This document shows, piece after piece, positions 18,466 to 28,722 of a stretch of DNA of 64,000 nucleotides (the first letter of the stretch is position 1; every line of letters begins with the position of its first letter). Under the pieces are notes generated by a model that made no database searches, was not told where the DNA came from, and worked only from the letters and a program-made list of their open reading frames with translations. Position numbers and translations under genes: made by a program. The stretch lies in IMG/VR virus record IMGVR_UViG_3300031951_000046. One strand, written 5' to 3'. Source of the DNA: an uncultured virus (IMG/VR IMGVR_UViG_3300031951_000046) (lineage: Duplodnaviria > Heunggongvirae > Uroviricota > Caudoviricetes).

Positions 18466-19692
18466 ATGTCGACAAGATTAAAATCAAATTCTAAGAGAAA
18501 TTTTGGTCAGTCTCCGCTGCCTACTGGCTATGAGAACGATGCAGGCTCTCCTGAATTTTCCATACCTTCTTGCGGCATAGAGGACGTAGATTCTTCTATG
18601 TTCAACTTGTTTGATAAAGAAATATGTGTAGAAATAGGCGGAAATGAATCTTCGTCTGCAAAAAAGGTACCAGTTATATTTGCAGCAGGAGAAAAGTGGG
18701 CACTTTTAAGAAAAGGCGCGTTGTTGAGAGACAGGAACAATACTCTCATCTTGCCGCTCATAACAATAATGAGGACTGAACTGAATCAAAGTGTAAGTGA
18801 AGACGTAGTCGGAAGAGGAATAAACCAGCAGCTGGGAGAGATTGTCGTAAAGAGAAGGTTAGATAAATCTGATAGAAATTATCAGAATCTAATCAACAGG
18901 CTTCTGATTCCCAATCAGAAAAATGTTTCTAATTCATCACCAGATGGAATATCTTCAGATAGATCGACAGGTTCTTTGTCGTCTACCAAGAAGACGAGAG
19001 AAGGCGCTTTTCTGTCTCCTAATTTAAAAAATAACGTGTATGAAACTCTCGTTGTTCCAATGCCTCAGTTCTATACTGCAAAGTATCAGATAACCATTTG
19101 GACTCAGTACACACAGCATGCAAATCAGATTCTTGAAAAAGTTTTTAGCTCTTTCTTGCCGCAAGGTCAATCTTGGCGACTTGACACGCCCAAAGGCTAC
19201 TGGTTTATTGCAAAAGTTGAAGAAGGATCTTTCGAGACAGAGACGAACTTCGACGACATGTCCCAGCAAGAAAGATACATCAAGCATTCTTTCATTGTGA
19301 CTGTACCTGCTTATTTTTTCGTCTCCTCAGCACCAGGACTTCCCATTCCGATCAAGCGATATGTCTCTTCTCCATTTGTTTCTTTTGACACAAACGCCTA
19401 TCCTTCAATTTCTGAAGAGACAAACGAATCTAAATATGTCCTTGGATCAGACGATCCAACTCTACCCCTTGACGATCAAGCTAACAATAGAGACGATCAA
19501 CGGAACATTGGTTGGAGACAGCAGAAAGTATACGCCATAGGACTTTCTGAAAATCCTGCAATCATTGAAAATGATCCTGCGACAGCAGGAATTCCAAGAG
19601 GTTACGTTAAGGTAAAAAATACAACTTCTAAGGGAGAGACTGTTTATTCTGGTGCTTCTCTTGAAGATCTAGAAATTGTAGTAATTAAGTGA
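18466..19692 (+). CDS. Tail terminator/sheath stabiliser (T4 gp15-like)
   Basis: KVPVIFA..EKW..LPLITIMR..Y.ITIWTQY..QILE; immediately upstream of sheath. Confidence 0.6.
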   Translation: MSTRLKSNSKRNFGQSPLPTGYENDAGSPEFSIPSCGIEDVDSSMFNLFDKEICVEIGGNESSSAKKVPVIFAAGEKWALLRKGALLRDRNNTLILPLITIMRTELNQSVSEDVVGRGINQQLGEIVVKRRLDKSDRNYQNLINRLLIPNQKNVSNSSPDGISSDRSTGSLSSTKKTREGAFLSPNLKNNVYETLVVPMPQFYTAKYQITIWTQYTQHANQILEKVFSSFLPQGQSWRLDTPKGYWFIAKVEEGSFETETNFDDMSQQERYIKHSFIVTVPAYFFVSSAPGLPIPIKRYVSSPFVSFDTNAYPSISEETNESKYVLGSDDPTLPLDDQANNRDDQRNIGWRQQKVYAIGLSENPAIIENDPATAGIPRGYVKVKNTTSKGETVYSGASLEDLEIVVIK

Positions 19693-19755
19693 TGTCTTCT
19701 TGCATTTATCAGTGATAGTTATGCCACAGAATCACTGATTGAAGGAGATTAGATA

Positions 19756-22700
19756 ATGGCCGAGCAGACATTTAAGTCGCCCAACTTTTATGAGCGTGAA
19801 ATTGATCTTTCCGCTCCAACCATCACCGGACCCGTGGGCGTCCCCGCTGCTGTGATCGGTACTGCAAACAAGGGACCTGCCTTTGTTCCTGTCACGGTTG
19901 CAAACTTCAGTGAGTTTACACAGACTTTTGGCAATCTTGACCCGAAGCACTTTGGACCTTATGCAGCCAACGAATTCTTGAAGCATAGGGCATCTCTCAC
20001 ATATGCAAGAGTACTCGGTGCAGGAGCTAACTCAACAGACGCAGATCTCTCAGAGACACTTTCTTACGGAACAGTAAAAAATGCAGGCTTCACTCTGCCC
20101 GGCGCAGTTGACGCTCTCGCCGATGACAAGAGAGATCTTGGCGCAGTTCAGTTCTTAGTTGCACAACACGTACCGGGATCAAATGCTGCTTTCGGCATGC
20201 CAGTTTTTCATGACAATGACACAGTTGAAGGTGCAAATATAAATCTTGTCAGAGGTTTAATTATGACACCAAACACTTCAAGAGTGATGGTGCTTACCAG
20301 CTCTGCAGCGGCTGTCGGAATTGGTCCTTCAACACTTGATGCAACAGAGGTTGACGCTTCTTCTAAGTTTAAGATTGTTATATCTTCTTCTTTGGGATCA
20401 GCATTTTCAAACACAGACGGGTCTCCGGGAGTAAAGGTGCTTATAGCTTCTTTTGATCCTTCGGATAAAGACTATTTTGGTAAGATACTTAACACAGATC
20501 CTGATAAGTTCTATCAGGAACAGCACTATCTTCACGCAGATTTTGCCGTAGATCCCAACGTAGCACACGTTAACGCAGGTCTTCCTGTTGCAATCTTGTC
20601 AGGCTCGAACAATACAAGCTCTGACGGAAAGTCAAGCCTCAGCTTCAGGGAGGTTTTCGGATCCTACGACACAAGATTCAAGTCGCCATCCACGAGCTAC
20701 TTCATATCTCAGCCTTTCGGAAATACAGAATACGATCTATTTAAGATTGAAGCTCTTGATGATGGAGAATATGCAAACAACCTATACAAGATCTCCATCA
20801 CTAACATAAAAGCATCTACGAACGAAGCGTATTCTTACGGAACATTTAACGTTCAAGTCCGAGCCTGGGACGATACAGATACGTCTCTGAATATTCTCGA
20901 ACAATTTACCAACTGTTCTCTAGATCCAAATTCAGAGAATTACGTTGCCAAGCTTATTGGTGACAGAAAAGTCTACTACAACTTTGACGCAACCAATCCT
21001 TCAGAGAAGCGTCTTGCTGCAACTGGCAAGTACTCAAATAACTCGAAGTATGTTAGAATAATCATGAACGAAGATATTGAGAAGGGTACGGTTCCTTCGA
21101 ATGCTCTTCCCTTCGGATTTAGAGGACCTAACCTTCTAAAGGTAACACCCTCGCTCAAGGTTTCTGACGCTCTTGCTACTTCGAACTCTCGTCTCGCAGG
21201 AGTTCTAGGTTCCTACACATCTTTGAGCAGCTCTTTCCTTCCACCCGTTCCTCACAGATACAAAGTTACAAGAGGAGAGACTTCGGACGCAGGTTTTAGT
21301 GGAGAACCAGGTCCTGCAGAGCAAGCAAACGTCTCTTACTACTGGGGCGTTAAGTTTGAAAGATCTTCTGCAGCATCTTCTGCAAATTCTGATAACGTTC
21401 TTAACTCCAATATCGTCTCTGAAAAAGACGTCCTTCTCGAGTCTCTTACTAAATTCTGCGGAATTGAAAAGCTGGACGCTCTTACGACAGGATCGTACTC
21501 TGATTCAGTGCACAACAACAAGTTCTCACTTGCAAAAGTTGCTCTTTACAATCGCAGTCTTTCTGAGCTTACTAGCTCAGTTAACAATCACATGAGAGAG
21601 GCAGCCTATATCAGGAATGCCAAACTTAGCACAACTGATTACACATGGAGCGAGAACGGAAGATCGAGAATGACTTTCGCCACCTTGCTATCTTCGGGGT
21701 CTGCTGCTCAGTTCAACAGATTTTCTGCATATGCGAAGTTTACAAACTTCATGTACGGCGGATTCGATGGTACCAACTTCCTCAACAGAGACGCACGTCG
21801 TCTCAACGATAAGTCTGTCTCTTTTGAATCGACGGGTGGCGCATCTGTTAACAATACAATCCCAGGCTTCACCTTGAATCCTTCTGGTCAAGACGTCAAT
21901 AACAACGGTGTCGCATCTTACCTGTCAGCTGTTGACATTATGACGAATCCGCTCACGTCAAATAACAACATACTTGCAATACCTGGTGTCAGGGAGGCTT
22001 ACATAGCAAATCAGGCCATGCAAAAAGTGAGAGACTACGGTCTTTCAATGTACGTCATGGATTTGCCTTCCTACGACGACAACGGTGCTAGAATATTCGA
22101 TGATTCTACAGGTAAGCCAAACATCAATCAGACTGCTGCGAATTTTGACAGCAGATCGATAGACAACGATTACACAGCAGTCTATTATCCCGACATCTTC
22201 ATTGACGATGCAACAAACAGAAGGAAGGTCAAGGTGCCTGCATCGGTCGCAGCACTCGGCGCGCTGGCTTTCAACGACAGAGTGACTTATCCATGGTTCG
22301 CACCGGCAGGATTCAACAGAGCAGCTCTTGACTTTGTGTCCAACGTTACAGTCAGACTCGGCGGAGCCGATAAAGACAGACTCTATGAATCTCGCATCAA
22401 TCCAATAGCATCCTTCCCAAGGCTTGGCTATGTGATCTACGGACAGAAGACTCTCAAGATTAACAAGTCGGCACTCGATAGAGTCAACGTAAGAAGACTC
22501 ATGCTCGAGATCAAGAGAATAATAATTGGAATCGCTCAGAGAATGGTGTTCGAGCAAAATACCCCTGCAGTCCGTAACAAGTTCGTTGCAGATGCTTCAT
22601 TCCAGCTTGGCCTCATCCAGACGCAAGCAGGTGTCGAAGCATTCCAGGTCATAATGAACGAATCAAACAACTCACAGGAAGATTACGATTTGAACCGACT

Positions 22701-22791
22701 CAACGGCAGAATAGTCGTAGTTCCAACTCGCGTGGTCGAATACATCGCTATAGACTTTATTGTCACAAATAGCGGTGTTCAATTCGTCTGA
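19756..22791 (+). CDS. Contractile tail sheath protein 1
   Basis: N-terminal SPNFYEREIDLS..IGTA.KGPAFVP; C-terminal WFAPAGFNR..INPI..GQKTL..SALDRVNVRRL. Confidence 0.92.
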   Translation: MAEQTFKSPNFYEREIDLSAPTITGPVGVPAAVIGTANKGPAFVPVTVANFSEFTQTFGNLDPKHFGPYAANEFLKHRASLTYARVLGAGANSTDADLSETLSYGTVKNAGFTLPGAVDALADDKRDLGAVQFLVAQHVPGSNAAFGMPVFHDNDTVEGANINLVRGLIMTPNTSRVMVLTSSAAAVGIGPSTLDATEVDASSKFKIVISSSLGSAFSNTDGSPGVKVLIASFDPSDKDYFGKILNTDPDKFYQEQHYLHADFAVDPNVAHVNAGLPVAILSGSNNTSSDGKSSLSFREVFGSYDTRFKSPSTSYFISQPFGNTEYDLFKIEALDDGEYANNLYKISITNIKASTNEAYSYGTFNVQVRAWDDTDTSLNILEQFTNCSLDPNSENYVAKLIGDRKVYYNFDATNPSEKRLAATGKYSNNSKYVRIIMNEDIEKGTVPSNALPFGFRGPNLLKVTPSLKVSDALATSNSRLAGVLGSYTSLSSSFLPPVPHRYKVTRGETSDAGFSGEPGPAEQANVSYYWGVKFERSSAASSANSDNVLNSNIVSEKDVLLESLTKFCGIEKLDALTTGSYSDSVHNNKFSLAKVALYNRSLSELTSSVNNHMREAAYIRNAKLSTTDYTWSENGRSRMTFATLLSSGSAAQFNRFSAYAKFTNFMYGGFDGTNFLNRDARRLNDKSVSFESTGGASVNNTIPGFTLNPSGQDVNNNGVASYLSAVDIMTNPLTSNNNILAIPGVREAYIANQAMQKVRDYGLSMYVMDLPSYDDNGARIFDDSTGKPNINQTAANFDSRSIDNDYTAVYYPDIFIDDATNRRKVKVPASVAALGALAFNDRVTYPWFAPAGFNRAALDFVSNVTVRLGGADKDRLYESRINPIASFPRLGYVIYGQKTLKINKSALDRVNVRRLMLEIKRIIIGIAQRMVFEQNTPAVRNKFVADASFQLGLIQTQAGVEAFQVIMNESNNSQEDYDLNRLNGRIVVVPTRVVEYIAIDFIVTNSGVQFV

Positions 22792-22836
22792 AAAGTGATT
22801 CAGACACATAGTTAGAAAGAAATTGGGAGCAGATAA

Positions 22837-25800
22837 ATGGCACAACTGAAATTCGGAAGCGCAGGAGTAACGGCAAGAGAGATCGACATCTCGGGTCCAA
22901 CTACTCAACAGCCTGTTGGAATACCTGCGGGAATTGTTGGAACTTCTCTAAAAGGACCTGCGTTCGTCCCAGTTACCGTCGGAAATCTTTCTGATTGGTA
23001 CTCGAAGTTTGGTCAAACTGATGGAAAGAAGTTTGGACCACTTGCCGTAGTGGAGTGGCTCAGGTATGCTCAGTCAGCTACATACTTGAGAGTTCTTGGC
23101 GTAGGTGACGGTCGTAAGCGAAATTTGACCACAGGAAAGGTGACTTCTGCAGGATTCGTAGTAGGAGAAAGACTTCCAAGTTCTGACGGGGCCATTTCTT
23201 CGAACTCATATGCAGTCGAAGGAGCCAATGCACCTGAAGGACGCCTTTACTTCCTTGGATGCTTCATGTCTGAATCAGCGGGTTCTACATACTTTAGCGA
23301 AGCTGGAATTCAAGGCGTTGGTGCGTCAGTTCCTGGGATCACTTCTTCTCTTCCGATAGTCAGAGGCGTTCTCATGGCTCCTTCTGGGGTTCTTCTACGT
23401 CTCTCCTCTTCTGTCGGCGGCGTCAGCGATTCTCCCACGTCAACAACACCCGGAACAAACTCTTCTGCAAAGGGAGCTTCAGTCGGATTCGTTGAACTTT
23501 CTGACGGATCTAAGCCGAAGCAAGAATTCGTTCTTTTCCTCAACGGACACAAAGGCACAGACACGAGATATCCAAATGTCATAACTGCTTCTTTTGATCC
23601 TACGACAAAGAGCAGCTATTTTGCCAATGTCTTCAACACGGATCCTACCAAGATACAAGAGGCAGGTCACTATCTCTACGCAAACTGGGACATTCATCCT
23701 ACGCTCGCCGTAGTAACAGGCACGGGACTAGTTAAGCCTTCTTACGGTGCTGGTGTCGTAGGTAATGGAAACAAAGAGCCTGCAGCTTTTATCGTCACAT
23801 CTTCTCTCGGAAGAAACGTCGCAAGCGCAACGGTGCCTGCATATGAATCTTTCGAAGACAGATTCTCTCATGCAGTCTCGCCATGGGTTGTATCTCAAAA
23901 ATTCGGCGGAAAGCCTCAAAATCTTTTCAGACTGCACGCCCTCGACGACGGATCAGGTGCTTCGACTCAGTTCAAGGTGTCGATCGATAACATCACAGTT
24001 TCTAACGATCCCCTCAACAAGTACGGATCGTTCACATTGACGCTGAGATATTGGAACGACAGAGACCAAGACAAGAAAGAGCTGCCAAGAGAAGTTTATT
24101 CAGGAGTCAACCTTGATCCTTCTTCTGACCGTTACATAGCAAAAGTGATCGGAGACGTTTACGCTTACTTTGACTTTGATCGTGAAGAATCTGAGCAGAA
24201 GCTGGTTGTCGAAGGAAACTATACGAACAGATCGAATTACGTCAGAGTCGAAGTCCACCCAGACGTAGAGAATGGATTCGTCGATCCTTCTTCAATACCG
24301 ATGGGCTTTAGAGGAATAGATCACCTCGTGACTTCAGGGTCTGCTCCGCTTTCATCTTTTGGAAGCTCAGACAACTCAGTCCTTGATTTCGTAAATGCAG
24401 CAAAATCATCTGTGACACCTCCGCTTCCTTTCAGAAGGAAGATAACAACGTCGACAGAGTGGACAGCAACTGAGCAGGTCAACTCTCGCTTCTACTGGGG
24501 CGTTCAATTCGAACACCCAGCCTCGCTTACTAAAAAGAACGACAGCGTTATTTCAAACAACTCGCTGAAGTCTTTCTCCAGGTTCTTCCCGTCTTTCGCA
24601 GCGACAGAAGCGAAATTCATCACAGGAAGCAACCCAGGTCAACCCGACAGCGCTGATCTCGGAATTTTGGATTCGGATAGATTCTGCAACAACTTCTTCT
24701 CTCTCGAGAACATTCAGGTTGTCACAGGATCGAACACGCTGGCTGATCCTAACAAGTGGGTCCACGCAGTATACTCTCGAAACGGAGCTACGGTCAATGC
24801 AGCAGAGATTGCTGCAAGGTCGCCTGGCGATGAGAACAAACTGAGATTCTTCAAGGTCGAAGACATCGGCTCTAACAAGCAGTTTGCTAAATTCTCCTTC
24901 CTCATGCAAGGAGGATTCGACGGAACAAACATCTTCAACACAGACGAATCTGAGATCAACAACGCAGCGGTCTCTGCTGACATGGTCGTCTCAAATCAGC
25001 GTGCTGACAAGCCTGAAGAAGGACCAAACGTTCGCACGTACCTCAAGGCCCTCGACGTGATGAAGAACACAACAAACGTCGACATCCAGCTCCTCGCGAT
25101 CCCAGGCATTCGCGAGCCCATCGTCACCGACGCCGCCACACTCGCCGTGGAGGAGAGGTTCGACGCTCTCTACGTCATGGACATCGAGCAGGTCGACGAG
25201 AACAACGAAGCCGTCAAGTCGGAGACTCAGCTTCCCTCAGTCCTCAAGACTGTCGACACATTCGTCAACAGATCGGTCGATTCGTCCTTCGCAGCGTCAT
25301 ACTTCCCCGACGTTCTCTATAGAGACCCAACGGGAAAGAACGTCTACGCTCCTCCCTCGGTTCTCGTCCTCGGCGCCCTCGCCCTCAACGACAGCGTCGG
25401 TCACCCGTGGTTCGCTCCTGCAGGATTCACCAGAGGCGCGCTTCCACAGGACGCCCTCGAGCCCCGCGTCGCTCTATCTCAGGGCGACATGGATCGCCTC
25501 TACGACGTCTCAATCAACCCGATCGTCGCCTTCGCTGGTGGACCTCAGTCGGGTACGAACCCACGCGGCGGCGTGGTAGTCTGGGGTCAGAAGACGCTTC
25601 AGGTCGCAGCTTCAGCTCTCGACAGAGTCAACGTCCGCCGTCTCCTCATCGACATCCGCCGTCAGGTCCGCGACATCGCTCAGACGATCCTCTTCGAACC
25701 GAACCGTGAGGCAACACTCGCACGCTTCTCAGCCGCGGTCACCCCACGTCTCCAGAGAATCCAGCAGCTCAGCGGTCTCGAGAGGTTCAAGGTGGTCATC

Positions 25801-25935
25801 GACTCCTCGACAACTACGCAGGACGACATAGAAAACAACACAATTCGTGGTAAGATATTCGTACAGCCCACGAAGAGCATTGAATTCGTCTCGCTTGACT
25901 TCGTGGTTGCAAACAACCTTCAGCAGATTCAGTGA
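22837..25935 (+). CDS. Contractile tail sheath protein 2
   Basis: SAGVTAREID..KGPAFVP; WFAPAGFTRG..VWGQKTL..SALDRVNVRRL..FEPN..IEFVSLDF. Confidence 0.92.
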   Translation: MAQLKFGSAGVTAREIDISGPTTQQPVGIPAGIVGTSLKGPAFVPVTVGNLSDWYSKFGQTDGKKFGPLAVVEWLRYAQSATYLRVLGVGDGRKRNLTTGKVTSAGFVVGERLPSSDGAISSNSYAVEGANAPEGRLYFLGCFMSESAGSTYFSEAGIQGVGASVPGITSSLPIVRGVLMAPSGVLLRLSSSVGGVSDSPTSTTPGTNSSAKGASVGFVELSDGSKPKQEFVLFLNGHKGTDTRYPNVITASFDPTTKSSYFANVFNTDPTKIQEAGHYLYANWDIHPTLAVVTGTGLVKPSYGAGVVGNGNKEPAAFIVTSSLGRNVASATVPAYESFEDRFSHAVSPWVVSQKFGGKPQNLFRLHALDDGSGASTQFKVSIDNITVSNDPLNKYGSFTLTLRYWNDRDQDKKELPREVYSGVNLDPSSDRYIAKVIGDVYAYFDFDREESEQKLVVEGNYTNRSNYVRVEVHPDVENGFVDPSSIPMGFRGIDHLVTSGSAPLSSFGSSDNSVLDFVNAAKSSVTPPLPFRRKITTSTEWTATEQVNSRFYWGVQFEHPASLTKKNDSVISNNSLKSFSRFFPSFAATEAKFITGSNPGQPDSADLGILDSDRFCNNFFSLENIQVVTGSNTLADPNKWVHAVYSRNGATVNAAEIAARSPGDENKLRFFKVEDIGSNKQFAKFSFLMQGGFDGTNIFNTDESEINNAAVSADMVVSNQRADKPEEGPNVRTYLKALDVMKNTTNVDIQLLAIPGIREPIVTDAATLAVEERFDALYVMDIEQVDENNEAVKSETQLPSVLKTVDTFVNRSVDSSFAASYFPDVLYRDPTGKNVYAPPSVLVLGALALNDSVGHPWFAPAGFTRGALPQDALEPRVALSQGDMDRLYDVSINPIVAFAGGPQSGTNPRGGVVVWGQKTLQVAASALDRVNVRRLLIDIRRQVRDIAQTILFEPNREATLARFSAAVTPRLQRIQQLSGLERFKVVIDSSTTTQDDIENNTIRGKIFVQPTKSIEFVSLDFVVANNLQQIQ

Positions 25936-25942
25936 GGAATAA

Positions 25943-26329
25943 ATGAGAATAACACGCCAACAGTTAACTGACCTTATTAACGAAGAGATTTCCTCGGCCC
26001 TCCTGGAGCGTCAGAACAGGCGCCTCCTGGAGGACAGGATGGATCCGATGGACACAGAGGAAGAGGGACCCATGTCAGTCGACGACCTCGTGGATTTCGC
26101 TCGTGCCTATGCCGCTCTTTCCCGCGAAGACAGAAAAAATCTCGACATGATCCTCGACGGTAGAGGCGAGAGCGTGACAGTCGAAGAGGTCGAAGACCTT
26201 CAGGCAGCGCTCAGCCACTTCCACTCGGGATTGGCCGATTATCTCAAGGACGCCCGCGAGGCGGCTCAGACGTACACAGACGAGGACGACGACGGCACTT
26301 TTGCCGCTGCAGTCAGAATGAACCGCTGA
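25943..26329 (+). CDS. Acidic hypothetical protein, possible head-internal protein
   Basis: MRITRQQLTDLINEEI N-terminus shared with other ORFs in the window; LLE motifs. Confidence 0.6.
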   Translation: MRITRQQLTDLINEEISSALLERQNRRLLEDRMDPMDTEEEGPMSVDDLVDFARAYAALSREDRKNLDMILDGRGESVTVEEVEDLQAALSHFHSGLADYLKDAREAAQTYTDEDDDGTFAAAVRMNR

Positions 26330-26357
26330 TTAGGCCTCTAAGCAATCGGAAAGGATG

Positions 26358-26382
26358 GGTCAGGAAGAGATTCCTGACCTTT
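26358..26382. terminator. Hairpin terminator between convergent genes
   Basis: GGTCAGGAA-gaga-TTCCTGACC-TTT. Confidence 0.6.
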
Positions 26383-28041
26383 CTATATTTCCATCGTGTA
26401 GACTATGTTTTCGCAACCCCATATCTTCACGACACCTGCAGCCTCTGCAACTGCTGCTTCTGTCAGACCGTTCTTCGAGTCAGCCTTGTACTTGAATCTG
26501 TTGAAACGATTCGTGAAGTCCGTCCACCAAAAACGTGGCGGCGTCTTGCTGACTGCCTTGAAACCTGCCTTCTCGTAACCCTCTCCTGCTCCACCGAGTC
26601 GAGTGTCCACGTAAGTCATCAGATTCTTGATGCCTTCTTTCCTACATTCTTCTACCAAGGTCTTCATGAGACGACTGAGACCTCCTTGCACATTGCAGCC
26701 CTTCTTTGGGCAACATCTCGCGACTTCCATTGTTGACTCTCGTTTATGGAACGGCTTTCTGATCGACGCTGCATAGACTATCGATTCTTCATAAACTAAT
26801 CCCCAAGCCCGCGCCGCCGCAGTGTCGCCGTCGATGTGGTTTTCTTCAAAGAAGGATTTTCTCTCCTGAGGAGTCAATTCCCTCACAGAGCACTTTCGTG
26901 CCCCCATTTTGTTAGGAGACATGCCGAGGCGGGAGAGTATCATGGACTTGACTATCTCTGACTTTTCCCTCCACTCGTCCTCAAACACGTGCATCAGACT
27001 TATCCCTGAACGTGCTGCAGCCGCGGTCTTATTGGAGTGGTATAACGTCGATCTGTTCGCGTGAGAATGCCAATAGAGGCCGTTGTACTCGACGGCAAAA
27101 GACGATCCTATCGCGTGTATGTCGAGCTCGAGACCGTTGTCGAGAGATGATCTGTCGTTCCTCTTCACTTCGACCCCTAGCTTCTCAATCCACTTGGCCA
27201 ATCTCTCCTGCGCAGCCGATCCACCAGGTGAGCACTTAAAGCACTTGCCATACTGTAGCGACCTGAGGGATCCCATGAACTGCTCACCACAGCCCGAGCA
27301 CTCCACCTGTATCACCTTCTGTGCGTCGTTGATGTACTCCTCTAGCCCGCCGATAACCTTCAACATTCCGAGGTCTTCTATCCTCGACTTGATCTCTTCT
27401 GCAGGGAGTCGCTTCATCGCATCGAGACGTTTACGGATGTTTTCACGTCTCATCGTCAGTGAGACGCGAGCGGCCATGTTTGCAACCCGCACGTCGCAAT
27501 CTTTGGATAGTCCTCTTGCCCATGGGGCGACCTCACCATCCGCGTATTTCTTCTTCAAGTTTTCCGCTGCACTCTTCACTCTTGCGTCAGACTCAGCACT
27601 TGCACCCTTGTTCCAAGCCGTCAGTTCTCCTGAGTCGAAGGACGCTTTTCTGCCTCTGGCTGTTGCCTCCCCGCGGAGGCGGACTCTCTCATCTGTCTCC
27701 TTCGTGAGACCCTTGGACCAAGTCGACTTACCTCTCAACGCATCTGACCTCTTTCTCGATATTTCCTCGGCCGCTTCTGGGGAACACACTGCGTATATCG
27801 ATCCGTTGTGACCGTTCACCACGCTCGAGTATCCGTCCCACCAACTCTTCCATTTTGTCTCTGTGCCACACCCGCATGCACATTTTCCGGGACCTCCGTT
27901 CATGGAGTCCCACAAGTCTTTCACGGTCGTAGCGTGTGCCTCGCCTAGGTGAGCCTCGAACGCCGTCAGTCGCTTGCTCTTGAAAGAGGAGCATAGGGGA
28001 CACTGCACCTCTCTCATCTCTCTGCCTTTAACTGCACCCAT
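26383..28041 (-). CDS. Free-standing homing endonuclease (Hef-like PD-(D/E)xK type with NUMOD-like repeats)
   Basis: KCACGCG; repeated W.KGL.K..D.RV; LELDI..AVEYNGLYWHS..H..K..LMHVFEDEW..IVKSMI..ARKC. Confidence 0.75.
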   Translation of the reverse strand: MGAVKGREMREVQCPLCSSFKSKRLTAFEAHLGEAHATTVKDLWDSMNGGPGKCACGCGTETKWKSWWDGYSSVVNGHNGSIYAVCSPEAAEEISRKRSDALRGKSTWSKGLTKETDERVRLRGEATARGRKASFDSGELTAWNKGASAESDARVKSAAENLKKKYADGEVAPWARGLSKDCDVRVANMAARVSLTMRRENIRKRLDAMKRLPAEEIKSRIEDLGMLKVIGGLEEYINDAQKVIQVECSGCGEQFMGSLRSLQYGKCFKCSPGGSAAQERLAKWIEKLGVEVKRNDRSSLDNGLELDIHAIGSSFAVEYNGLYWHSHANRSTLYHSNKTAAAARSGISLMHVFEDEWREKSEIVKSMILSRLGMSPNKMGARKCSVRELTPQERKSFFEENHIDGDTAAARAWGLVYEESIVYAASIRKPFHKRESTMEVARCCPKKGCNVQGGLSRLMKTLVEECRKEGIKNLMTYVDTRLGGAGEGYEKAGFKAVSKTPPRFWWTDFTNRFNRFKYKADSKNGLTEAAVAEAAGVVKIWGCENIVYTMEI

Positions 28042-28150
28042 CTGTTTTTGTACCTCAGTTTGAATTATAGATTCGTTAAAAAAATAGTAAAAAAAAAATT
28101 TTTTTCATAGTTAATCTTGATCAATCTGCAAAGATCAAAGGAGAAATAAC

Positions 28151-28642
28151 ATGGCTGCTGAGACACTCAACGTCGAATCAATGATTCCCGCGAAATTCGA
28201 ACCCAAGCGCAAGAACCGTTGGGTCCTCATGATCGAGGGCATCGACGCATACATCATCAAGACATCGTCACGCCCGACCATCACGACGGAAGAGGTCGAG
28301 GTTCCCTTCATCAACTCACGTCGCTACCTCGCCGGCAAGACGACGTTCAACACGATGGCCGTCACCCTCCACGACCCAATCGCTCCTTCGGGCGCGCAGC
28401 AGGTCATGGAGTGGATCCGCACCCACTTCGAATCGGTGTCGGGACGTGCAGGCTACGCCGACTTCTACAAGCGTGACATCCAGTTGAAGATGCTCGATCC
28501 AGTCGGAACCGTCGTGGAACTCTGGGACATCAAGGGCGCGTTCATCACCGAGGCGAACTTCGGAGAGGTGACCTACGAGGACGGCGGTCCAATGGAGATA
28601 TCTCTCACACTCCGCTTCGACAACTGCGTACTTCAATTTTGA
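28151..28642 (+). CDS. Tail tube protein (T4 gp19-like)
   Basis: FEPKRKNRW..YLAGK..DPI..VMEW..YKRDIQLKMLDPVG.VVE.W.IKGAF..LTLRFD. Confidence 0.88.
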   Translation: MAAETLNVESMIPAKFEPKRKNRWVLMIEGIDAYIIKTSSRPTITTEEVEVPFINSRRYLAGKTTFNTMAVTLHDPIAPSGAQQVMEWIRTHFESVSGRAGYADFYKRDIQLKMLDPVGTVVELWDIKGAFITEANFGEVTYEDGGPMEISLTLRFDNCVLQF

Positions 28643-28722
28643 CATTAATATTCGACAAAAGAGAAGAACAAAAACTCAAACGTCGAATATACAAGTAAAG
28701 AGGTCTGTGGTATACTTATACC

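Noticed and set aside
28078..28105. Poly-A/poly-T tract as a phase-variation switch
   Set aside because: Intergenic AT-rich stretch between divergent genes; a single sequence gives no evidence of length variation.
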